Shown in pieces: positions 48,302 to 59,274 of a DNA stretch of 64,000 bases. The stretch comes from Convolutriloba macropyga. Taxonomy: Eukaryota. Position numbers and translations under genes: made by a program. The stretch's first letter is position 1. Each line of letters opens with the position of its first letter. Under the pieces are notes generated by a model, which was not told the origin of the DNA, did no database searches, and worked only from the letters and a program-made list of their open reading frames with translations. The stretch is taken from positions 8,184,001-8,248,000 of the forward strand of contig NC_134475.1 in assembly GCF_964194025.1 (NCBI RefSeq), read 5' to 3'.

Positions 48302-49870
48302 GTTTCTGATGGTGAAGTTGACAATGAACAGCCTCCGTCTTCTCAAGTCAGTATTGGCCAAATTGTCCCGGAAATGCTCCCGCAACATCCTATCTCGGAT
48401 ATGGTTCCAATGGCGTCTAATGGCCAGATACCAGGAGACGTGAGTCCGCTTTATCATGTTTATGACTCGTCCAACTCTGCAATTTATCATACTGTCAACC
48501 CATCACCTGTAAGTCAGCAAACCAGGATAAATTACAACTCGGACTCCTCTGATGATCGATTGCCGTTGACGATAAATGGAGAAGATATATACGACGGACC
48601 TTACTACAGCTGCGATTGTGGCGAGGATTCAGTTTCTTGTAGTTGTTCCGAGTGTAATTCCGCCGACGAAGATGAAGACAATGACTCAAATGTGATGATC
48701 AATGGTCGGGGCCAGGGAGCTACTGCGGGGCGTTCCTCGGGTTGCAGACAGCGCCAGTTTTTTTCGGGCATTCCAAACCATTTGGATCTGAGCTCGTCTC
48801 TGGAAAATCAAGCTGCACTGCAAATGATGCATCCGGCAATCATGCGACGCTATCGGTTCCAAAATGACTCGCATGGAGATCCAGTACCTGCTCAGATTAG
48901 TGGAGGTTCGAGAGATCAAAACAATGAAGATATGGGAACCATGAGCAAGCTGTTGAATAGAATGAATTTAATAAAGAACAAAAGTAAGAATTCTGGAGCC
49001 AGAAAGAAGCATCACCACAAATCAAGCACGCCCACCCATCGTCCGAGAAATGCGAGAGCTAGGGCAACTAATGAACACCACACCAATGTTCTGACGTCTT
49101 CAAGTGGGTCTTGTGGGCCATTTTTCTTGTCACCAAATCGAAATTGCTCAGGTCAAGGAACGAGCTCAAACGCCGGGGTTCCTCACAGTAGTCACGCTTC
49201 GATGCCGTCAGGCGGTACCAGGCCAAAGACTTCGTCCACCACCCAGAAGCAGAAATCTGTGAAAAAGACGAAGACTACTCCTAGGTCAAATGAACCAAGG
49301 AATCAGCGACAACAAGATGTTGTGGGGCGCGGTATTTCAGCTGAGTCACTCGCCACTAACGGCCTTAACCGAGGAGTTGCATTGAACAGTGAATCACATC
49401 ATAATTTATCACATTCGTCACTCGCAAATTCGTTACCAAAATGTGTCAACCAAAGTAATGGATCCTGTTTAAGCGGCGAGCGGGCCCTGTTCGCTTGCTC
49501 TTTCTGCCAGAAGAAGTATTGCCATATATGTGCTGTACATGCAGCCGGCAAGAAATGCTCCAAAAAACCAAACAAAACTCACTCGATTGTGGCGTTGGAC
49601 GAGGACTTAAACGATGGCAACAGCAACCCGAACGCAAACTTGAATGTGCCAAAAAACCCAGATAGTGTGAGTCATACTTTCATGCTCAAGTGCACGAACT
49701 GCGGTGACGTCAGTGAATTCAAAGTGAACTCGAAGGCCTGTAGTAAATGTCGCGCAGATTTGCAAGTTGATCTAAACCTGTATAATCCGTGCCCGAATTG
49801 TGATCTTCTGAACTCGAAAGACGCAATTGCCTGCGAACTTTGTTCATCTGATATCATTCCAATTAATTAA
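48302..49870 (+). CDS. TRIM gene exon 5 (disordered region, Cys clusters, C-terminal zinc ribbon plus RanBP2-type finger); spliced CDS 3735 nt = 1244 aa
   Basis: acgcag acceptor, phase 0; 'CSFCQKKYCHICAVH', 'CTNC...CSKC', 'CPNCDLLNSKDAIACELC'; TAA ends at 49870. Confidence 0.85.
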   Translation, partial: VSDGEVDNEQPPSSQVSIGQIVPEMLPQHPISDMVPMASNGQIPGDVSPLYHVYDSSNSAIYHTVNPSPVSQQTRINYNSDSSDDRLPLTINGEDIYDGPYYSCDCGEDSVSCSCSECNSADEDEDNDSNVMINGRGQGATAGRSSGCRQRQFFSGIPNHLDLSSSLENQAALQMMHPAIMRRYRFQNDSHGDPVPAQISGGSRDQNNEDMGTMSKLLNRMNLIKNKSKNSGARKKHHHKSSTPTHRPRNARARATNEHHTNVLTSSSGSCGPFFLSPNRNCSGQGTSSNAGVPHSSHASMPSGGTRPKTSSTTQKQKSVKKTKTTPRSNEPRNQRQQDVVGRGISAESLATNGLNRGVALNSESHHNLSHSSLANSLPKCVNQSNGSCLSGERALFACSFCQKKYCHICAVHAAGKKCSKKPNKTHSIVALDEDLNDGNSNPNANLNVPKNPDSVSHTFMLKCTNCGDVSEFKVNSKACSKCRADLQVDLNLYNPCPNCDLLNSKDAIACELCSSDIIPIN

Positions 49871-50769
49871 CTTGTTCATAAGATTTAATAGAACTCACTG
49901 TTCGCTTTAGTTTGTAATTTTTGTTCTCTTTGTAGTAACTTTTTACTGGCTTGAACTGATTGTTGTAAATAAATCATTTGAACGGCTTATGTAAATACGG
50001 TAGATTGAGAATTAACATATTTTCTGTTGCAGTCTTTTTGCTTTCTGTCGTATTTCCATTTCTTTTTTCGAACCTTGCACATTTATTTGGAGGCTTGGAG
50101 TTTTCTGATTTCTGCGTGTTTTCAATTGTTCTGATTAATATTTTTTTAGCGCAGAAATGCAAAGGTGGAGATAAAAAAGGTATACTGGAAAGCTCCCGAA
50201 AAACAATGAATCCATTTGGAGCCTTTTACAAATTTCTTACCTTTTAACTTTTTGTCTACGCTTGAAATATACGGAGGATATTTTGTGAAAGCGATCCCTT
50301 GAAATAGCTTTTAATCACTCAATTGTAGCAGTTCGAAAGATCTACAATGGCCAGGTGAAACCGTGGAATTCGGACAAGTCAAAACCATTTTCAGGTCACA
50401 TTCCAATGAAATCGCATTTACGCCCGCATTTACAATAGTAAAATTGAATTCTGATTAGAAGCATCTGAAATACTTATTGGTTCGCTAATTTAATGAACGA
50501 ATTTTTCAAAGTGTCAGTAAACCCTTATTTGTCCGAAATGACATACGAACAGAGTAATTTTTCAAAACATTCAATTTCACGGTGCTTTATAACGTCAGTA
50601 TATTCTGAGCGTCAATACAGAAATGGATCGCATTATTAATTGCGCTCAAGCGAAACTTGAAGCATTATGTAAGTGCTGGTGGTCTTTTCGTCCGACCATG
50701 TGACTTTGATTTGTTGTTGATTGCTCTCGTAGAGAAGCAATTATTGTAAGCGTGTCTTTTATACAAAAT

Positions 50770-51095
50770 TTTCGCTTGACCGTTTTGACTTTTCGAGTGA
50801 CTTTTACGCCCTTGACTTTTTGCGTTTCGCGTGATCTAAAATTCCCTCTTAATAACAATTTCAATTGGCGGCAATTTAATGCTCAAAGTCAAATGAAAAG
50901 TGCGCCGTAACTGGTGCCATTTTTCACTTTAAATCTTAATAGTGGTATATGTTAACCTATAATGTGGTTACTTGAAGCGCACTATTGAACTTCTTAGTCC
51001 CATTTAGGCTCCCTCGCGACTGACGCAAGCTGCAATTGATTAGAGCTCCCACTAGTCGTTCGAGAGCAAGTCTTCCGACGTTTAGTCGGTTATGT
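50770..51095. repeat. Dispersed repeat related to 36600-36870
   Basis: Shared ttgaccgtt(t)tgactttt, agtggtatatgt.aacct, gctgcaat.gatt.gagctcccactag, cgagagca...cgacgtt. Confidence 0.75.
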
Positions 51096-52799
51096 TTCTT
51101 AATTCTCTTTTTTGTCGGAGAGAAAAATTGAAAACGATTTCTTAAGATAAACTGAGGAGAGTAAACTCAAAAGTCTTTCAGCAAGTAATATTTTAAAAAA
51201 GATTAAAATAGAAACTAGTTATTTCTCTTGTTATTTTATACTACTTTAATACATTATGTGCCTGGAAATCATGCAGAAGCAATCAGTATGCATTAAAAGA
51301 GGAAAAGGCTAAGTACATTTTCCGATATGAAAAAAAGGGGAGATCTATGCTGTCTCTTCTTCCATGGGTTTCGTAAATCTATCCCTCAAACATATTTTTC
51401 CAATTGGAGTGCTATTGGAGACTTTACGGAAAATCAGTTTTTGAAAATAAGATGAAACAGCTTTTATTTTTAAATTCCAGATATAGTTTTGAATTTGACT
51501 ATTTCTTCGTTCGTAGAAGTTTTATCAGTCCTTAAAATGCAGATAAGATAAAGATTTATCAGTTCTAAGATATAGACAAAAAGGCAGTACCTGAATTGCA
51601 GAAAAGATCAGCTAAAATCTGTTTAATACTCTTTAAAACGAGATTTCTTTAATTTATTTTGTTTACTCTGTATTGCCAATCCAACGGTCAAACATCCTGT
51701 CTATTTTAACAAGATCTATATACAAGAACATCAGAGTTCGTGTATCAAGAATCAGTTGATGTGAATTTAAAAGTTTTATACTATACTAAGATAGCGAAGA
51801 CCAAATGAAACAAATTTACCACATGGAGAACAACGTAGAACTAACGCAAGATTTTTTTGTCACCGTTTTGTTTTTCCTGAACACCCAAGTTGACATTTTT
51901 AAATTTTTCAAATACCGATAAATTTGTAAGTTAGTTTAAGAATCCTTTAGTTTGTAGGGTTGTTGCATTTAATAATCGGTGATTGGAAGTGAACTTACAT
52001 CTGACACGAATTGTTAAATGAGTTTTGAGAATTCTGTGATGACGCTAGAAATTGGTACTCACGCTAGAATTTGTTTTCAATTCTTCTTCGAAAAAAAAGT
52101 TGACTTTTTTCTACAGCGTAACGACACAGCCAGCTTAATTCACTCAATTTTTGTTGTTGAATCAATTTCAATATTGGCCTGAGTTGTAATGTTAGATTTG
52201 CTGTATGGTTGAAGGAAGAATTAACTTACGGTTTACGTTTCTATATTTACAAGCTTTTTTTGCAGCAAGTGCTATGCACTATAAAAGTATGAGATACGCC
52301 TGAATTATGTAGCAAATTTTTTGTTAAATTTTCCCCCTTTGAACATAGGAAACCGTTTTTTGTTCCCATCGACATTTTTGATTCCAGATTAAGAATTGTT
52401 TTATTCTTTTTTGAAGTCTGTGAATTTTTTTATTGCAGTCCAGGAATAATTTTTTGGTTTCTCGGGACAATTAACGGAAGTAATCTGGTTTCCAGATTTT
52501 GAGATGGTTGAGTATTTTAGTTGGACTTAAAGTTATACTGCCGAGATCAATTTTCGCTTTAATAGGTAACAATAAAACGGAAATTATCTTCAAAAAAGAA
52601 CATTGTTAATTTCCTCTGGTACACATTAGAATGAAAAACAAATGGTAGAAGAGGCAATGTAAGGTTAAGAATATAACATTATGTAAAATTATAAAATCAT
52701 TAAATTACGCAACTAAAATGTGACATTATATTAGTAAAAATGGCTGGAAATGCGATTATAAAACGTTCTCACAATTTTATATGTACATCATGAAGATTG

Positions 52800-53490
52800 A
52801 AAAAAAAATTAAAATCGAATGCTCTCAATGTCATCGTTCATATCAGTTACTTTTGGGTCTTTCAAAAATTCTTTCCAAAAATATTCATTCCGTTCTTTTT
52901 TTAAGGAAGCTTTCGATGCTGTTTTCAGTCTAATATTTGAAGGCAGACTATTTTAAATTGGAATGGCCTGTGCAATAAAAGAATTAGTTAAAAACTTATT
53001 GTTCTTTCTTATTTCGAACGTTATTTTTTTGATCTGTCATGTTGTTTTATTCTCATGGTAGAGAGAGGTTCAATTTTAGATGCTGGAAGATCGTTGCTGA
53101 GTAAGCGAAAAAATATTTTGAGCAATGATATTTCAAGAGAAAAGAGACTGGTAATATTTTGTTGCGAAGTTTGAGATCTGTGGACCGATCGTACTTTCTC
53201 CTATTAAAAATGGTTTTTATTCCCCAATTCAATTGTTTTTCTAAAGTTGTGAGTAATGACTTTTGCAACCCTATCAAAATTAAAGCGGAATAATGTAGAT
53301 GGCTTATTACTATTGCATTAAGCAATAAGATTTTCGTTTTCTCTGGTAAATTTTTACTTAGTGTATTCAAAACCTTTATTCCACAAGCCATTCTCTGAAG
53401 AATCACTTCTCCATCAAAGTTTAGTTTGCTATCAATAATTACGCCAAGATACTTCACACTATTTTTCTTCATGTAAAAAATAATTCAAGT
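52800..53490 (-). mobile_element. 5'-truncated LINE (RT C-terminal region)
   Basis: ORF 53053-53472 'VKYLGVIIDSKLNF...LPEKTKILLLNAIVISHLHYS...LEKQLNWGIKTIF'. Confidence 0.85.
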
Positions 53491-54991
53491 TGATCATTAT
53501 GAGTACTTTTCTTGTACATACTAACCGCAAAATATACAAAAATGATCGCTCGATTTCGAGTTTTCGACCCACTTGCATGTCTTTTCTCATTTTGCTTTCT
53601 TTCTAATAAATTTGAAAAGTCATTGACGAATCTGTGCTGCCTCTATAAGGCGAAAGATTTTTGTCAAACAACTGCTTCAATGATACATGTCTGAAAGTTC
53701 GTGCGAGTTCTTTGACTTTCAATTATCTCCCAGATTTTTTGTTCACATTTGTGTTGGATGATCACATGCCACAAATGGGCTAAAAGGATTGAATAAATTC
53801 TTCATTTTTACCCCTTTTGAATTGATAGTGTCATGAGATCAGATATTGACTCTTAAGAATAGAAGGCCTTGAAGTATCATGTGACAGTAGTGACGAATAA
53901 TTGAAAGATCATCTGTTTTCAGTCGTAATTTCCCCTGTTGTGAATTAGAAATAAAGTAACAGACCTTTTCTGCCTCATCTTCAAATTGCCAAAGTCAACT
54001 GTTCCAATTATGCGTAAATTAGCTAATTCTGAACAGCAGATGTTCGTTCAAATTTGTTTCCTTTAAGATTCTAATTTTCAATTTGGTATCGAGAATTTGA
54101 GACGCTAGCTTTTTACACTCGAAAAGTAACTTTTGAAATAATTTTACAGCTTTTAGGTTAGTACGTTGTTTTAAATACGCTCAGAATTGTTTAGTAATAT
54201 TAGGTGCTCTTTCATAGAAGTTTATTTTCGTAGTTTTAGCTAAGTTATCAAGCAAAACTGGATAACAAAGCGCTAGAGCTGAAGAAACCCTTAAAATTGC
54301 CGCGTAAATTGTCGGAAGGACTTGGCGACTGAGTCAAGCAAATTAAGATATATATTTCTTTTAGCGTGGGAAAAATCTTATAGAATAAATATGCAAACGT
54401 TGTTTCCTGTCTAGAAAATGAATTACGAAATACTTTCTCAACATGCAATTTTTCTAGAAATTTTTTGCTTCAAATTTGTCTATCAAGACGTGAACTTTCT
54501 TCTACAGAGGATTTAACAGAATTTTTTTTTGATAAAAAATGTTTGAATTATAATTAACTTGGTTATCATAACTATGGTAATTAATTCAACAGATCAGCAG
54601 TTCAATAATTCTAAATTCAACTGTCCATTTCAAATTTGCACGCGTGAAATGTTCGTTTATATTCTCCCCACTTTGGTCAGGTAAGAATATAAACTCGTGA
54701 TTGAAGGATTTAACAAATTGTGAATGCAGCTGTACTTTCAATTAGATGTCTTTGAGAAAACTCGTTTCCTTCGGTGATTTCGAAGTTTCTCTGCTGATGT
54801 ACGAGGACAAAAACTAGTAAAATTATCTGAAGTCACCACTCATTGGATGACATTTAAACACAGAAGGCCTCCCAACTCATGAAGTGAGTCCAATATCACT
54901 TGAGGTTAGTGAATTCTTGAACCGGATTTTCTTGACCCTCTGATTGGGCATAGCGGCACAATTGGATGCGACAGTCCCCATCAATTCTGGC

Positions 54992-57900
54992 TCATAGTCG
55001 AGAACCTCTTGCAATCAGCATTGTAGCTGAGCCACGCATGGCACTTATTGATACCGCTTGAGCGAGGTGACTGAAGGCTACTGATAGGCCTGAGGGCTGG
55101 AAACCTCTGTTATCAGATAAAAGAGCTATTCTTATCAATGTTTTCCTTGTTGTTTCGGATAGTCCGCCAAAAGTTTCTAACGCCAAAGGTATGAAGTGGA
55201 TACCCATATCGCTGCACTTCTTGTAGTAATGCCCAATCTTTCTGTCTTCTGCTAGGTTTAGAGCAAAACCACATGTCCTCGCCGCATCTGAGATAAGACT
55301 GGCTTGCAGTGGGGACGTAATGGTGACGTCTAAGGCTGCGGGTTGTCCTGCTATAAAACTTGGCAAATACACGTCCCCTGGTCTTGAATTATTTTCCGGC
55401 AGAAGATGTTTTTGCTCACATACAGGGGAAATATTGGCGGACGAACATGCTGTCATTATTGTGTCACGTACTCTGTCATGACGAGAGATAATATCGCCAC
55501 GCCCGTGACATGAAACGGCATGATCTCCAAATATGTCGAAAATAGCTGACTTACAATATGGACATCTCCTGTCCGAATCATAGAGTGGAACTCCTAAACG
55601 GTATTTCAGAGCAGCTAGGAATTCGTTAGGTTGAAGGTGTAGGCCAAGAGCAGGGATAGGTGCTGCCGTCAACCAAGCTCCTGATTGAGGTAGGGAAAGA
55701 GATAACAGTCTAGTTTTTTCTCTGGTGGAGGTTTGACCTTCAAGAAGGTTGCTTAGAGCCGTCAAATTGTTCTTGAATTTTCTGTTGCGTCAAATGAGGA
55801 ATAGCAAAAGCACAATTCCTTCACTAGGTCTGTGAAACTAACTTCGTGAGTTGGGTTCACACCAGTAATTTGTTCTTCTATGTTTGCTGACTGGCATAAG
55901 GAACCAACATAAGCTGCTTTGAATTGGTTCAGGGAACGTCGAACTCCAGCTCCTGTTTTGCTTATTGGCAAAATATGTTTTCAAAATTTGTTCGTTGGAG
56001 ATGGTCAAATTTTTCAAGTATTATGTTACTCTGTGGACGGTGTGTTGCATCTCAACGAATACACTAACTTAGGTGCACCTAGACAGCTACGCAAAATTCC
56101 AAGAGCGCACTGAGGGTCCTCTATATAGCCTCGATTTTCTAATACCTTCTCGAGTTTTTTAACCAGTTTTTCTAAATAAAGACGCAACAAAAGTGGATGT
56201 TCCGATTGCAGCGCCCAAGATTTCGATTCCTGATTGGCTGTTTCTCATTATCCTACAATCAACAGCATTAAAACACGAGGTGGACCACAACTCGCACTTG
56301 TCTCTTCTGAGTTCAAGGCCACACTTGTTGCCATGAGTTGCTAAAATTTCTAATGATTCACATAGCTCCTCTTCCGTACCTGCTATAATTCCATCATCAA
56401 GGTTCCAAGAATTCTGCATAAGATTTGGTAACTTATCGTCGAGTTCTTTGATAATGGGCAAAAGTCCTAAAGAAAATAGTAGGGGACCCAGTGGGTCTCC
56501 TTGTTGGACTCCTGATTCACTTTGAATATGAGTTGCATTAAAAAAGAGTTTGCTATGCTAAGAATAGCAAAAAGACGCAAAATGGGCTAAAGAGGGAATG
56601 AATTTTCGAGCTGCATCTAACATACTGCTTCTCGTAATGGAATTGAAAGCATTTTTGAAGTTGATTTGAAGTAGGCCCGCTTTTTCGTTGTTCAATAACT
56701 TTTGAAATGTTTGTTTTGTTGCGTGTACAATGCTTTCAGCGCCGCATTTAACTGCCACACCAAGTTGTCTGGATGAAAAAAGTTCAACAGCATCAGAACT
56801 GGCCTCTTGCACAATACATTTGGCTATGAGACGTCGGAGAACTTCTCCCACAGCGATTGGCCGTACACCTCCTTTTGTTTTTTTCAGCGCTGTAAGCGAA
56901 GCAGAGCAAAAAGTTGGTGCAACAAAACTGGGGAGCTGCCCTCTGCTAGCCAAATTCACTAATTTTGTGATGCTTGTAATCGATTTTTTGGACTGATCGG
57001 GGACTGCGCACGTTACGGCATGTAGAAGGTGCTCAGGGTACATTTTGGATGAACGGGCTGCTGTGAAGTTTGAGAAAGATTGCAATTGTTTAAACACAGA
57101 CGCTTCGTCCAACTGATAAGCGTAACTACTGTAATCGTCAGTTACCCTCGGTGGCACTTCTTCTGCTGGATGCAAGTTCATCAACTGTTTTAGCGTTTCT
57201 TTATTATCAGGGGCCACTCCATCCGAAGACAAGATTTTTGCTGCACGTCCAAATTGGCCTTGAATGCAGAGATTTTGCACGTGCTGCAAGCGTTTCCATT
57301 GAGTCATGATTTATTTTCTTGGCTTGTTTCATAGAGGCTGCTTCGAACCATAGCCCAGCATAGTCGCCATTCTTCCAACGCTCAAATCTAGTTAACATGA
57401 GCCGATCCTACTGCTGTTTGTGTTTCTTCCCCCCTCTGTTGCTAGCGCGCAGAACGCACTTGCTAATTGCAAAGTCTCTTCCAATTTTCTGGGGAATTTG
57501 TTTGAGAAACACAGCCCTCAATGGTGTTAACAATTCAGACCATCCTAGCCGCAACTTGACAGGAATAAAGCGGAGTGTAAGTATTTTTTTCTTGCAAATC
57601 GTTTCAAGGTCTGGGAGGGCGTTTAGATCAAGATTTGCTGTGTTTTGAGAGGTATTACGTTCTTCCATTTCTTCGCTGTTTGTGGCAGAGACTAGCTTGT
57701 CAATGCGGGCTGCAATATCACGGGGAATTTTCTTACTTGTTGACAATTGACTACTAAACTGAGAGTATGCCCAAATTGATCTACAACATACCCATTCGTC
57801 AAAATTTGGGCCCCAGTCTACGTATCGTATTTGTGTTTTGTTTGATTGATGGTCGAGTACAACTACTTTATATAAGTTGTCTTTTTTATCAGGGTAGAAG

Positions 57901-58001
57901 AGGGTTGTATGTGCAGAAACTCGAAAACGCAAATCAAAATCATCAATCGTTAAATTTTGTATTTGTTGTGTCAGACCTGACGAAGTATTGGTCTCATTCA
58001 A
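54992..58001 (-). mobile_element. CRE-clade non-LTR retrotransposon (chromo-barrel + RT + CCHC + restriction-like endonuclease), frameshifted; element probably spans ~54520-58560
   Basis: 'GGVRPIAVGEVLRRL', 'QLGVAVKCGAE', 'FKNAFNSITR', 'GVQQGDPLGPLLF', 'WNLDDG', 'ILGAAIG', 'GAWLTAAP', 'CPYC..DIFGDHAVSC', 'RHDRVRD', 'RPGDV...ALDVTI', 'FIPLALETFGG'. Confidence 0.9.
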
Positions 58002-59021
58002 AATGATTGAATTTTGTTTTTCCTGTCCAGGTTCTGCGGCTTTTTTTTTCCGGAGATTGAAGGCATTTCGACAATATCCGTATCCGAAATCAGGGATTTT
58101 TCATTGCTATTAACCGTCTTTTTCTTTCTTGTCATGTTTATGAAAAACCATGTGCTTTTTTCTTCTTAATGCTTATGTGTTTCCTAACGTGTTTATTTTT
58201 TTCAATGTGTTCGTTTTTCAAGGTTGTTCCTTCTGTTACGTTAAAGATATGAAGAAGCTTCTTACCAAAAACGCATTTTGTTTCCGTTAATTTCGTAGAC
58301 CAAGAAACTGCTGTGAAATTGATGAAGCCAGAAAAAAACGATTCGGTCAAAGATCGAAAAAAAGGAGAGGGGGAGGAATTGGTTTGATCTCACCAGTTTA
58401 TTTCGTCCGTTCTATTCCTCGATTCCAAAAGAAACACTCCATCATCACAAAGTCTCTTGCTGCTGTCGAGTCTCAACATAAATCGTAAAAAGGGGGGGTT
58501 ATGTTCGGGTCCAAAAGATGTTGTCAAAGTTCAAGATATATTTTCTGCCAATTTTGTTCTAAAAAAGATTAACTCAACGCACGTGCTATTCACATTCACA
58601 AATTGCATTGTGTGCAGGTAAGCAATTTTGAGGAAAATCGTGCAGGTAAACATACTTATACGTTATTTAGAGCGTAAGGTTATAGCAAATGGCTCTTTAT
58701 TACATAACATAAGGTGGTATCAAATATCTTATAGTTATGACAGATTTCAGTATTAACTATCAAGGCACATGAAACAACATAACTCAAATAATAACTTCGA
58801 TGATCGTGACCGTTTCTCGACTCAATACGAATTCCTGAAATACTGTTTTTGGTCCTGTTTTCCATTTAGTGCTCTGTAATATTTTCTAATAAAATTGTCC
58901 TATATTTAAATTTTTCCCTAGTTGAAATTTGCAAATTGGCGCCAAAAATTATACATCTGTAAATTATATAACTATTGTGTTCTCATAAATTTTCATCTCT
59001 CGATTTTGTTACAGCCATACA

Positions 59022-59274
59022 ATGCTAGAATTAGTTCTTCGTATTTTTCTATCCTTCATAATCTGGTGTGCGGTTGGTTCGGCGATTAGTTTCAACCAGC
59101 CAATCAAAAACGCCGACTATCAAGGTTTGATTGGACCAGGGTTTGCGACCAATTATTTCAAAACCCTCGCTTTCCAAAAGTATCACAAGCAGAACTTGAT
59201 TGATGTGTACGCAAGGGGATTCCGCAATCTCAGGCTCAGATGTCGGGCTGATTTGGAAGGACTCAATATGACAG
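59022..59274 (+). CDS. Secreted glycoside hydrolase family 5 (cellulase-like), coding exon 1
   Basis: Signal-peptide-like 'MLELVLRIFLSFIIWCAVGSA'; 'LIDVYARGFRNLRLR' matches GH5 'I...GF..VR'; donor G|GTAAT, phase 1; upstream acceptor gttacag ends at 59014. Confidence 0.8.

Noticed and set aside
41640-49857. - strand ORFs overlapping TRIM exons
   Set aside because: Shadow ORFs of GC-richer coding sequence with no motifs.
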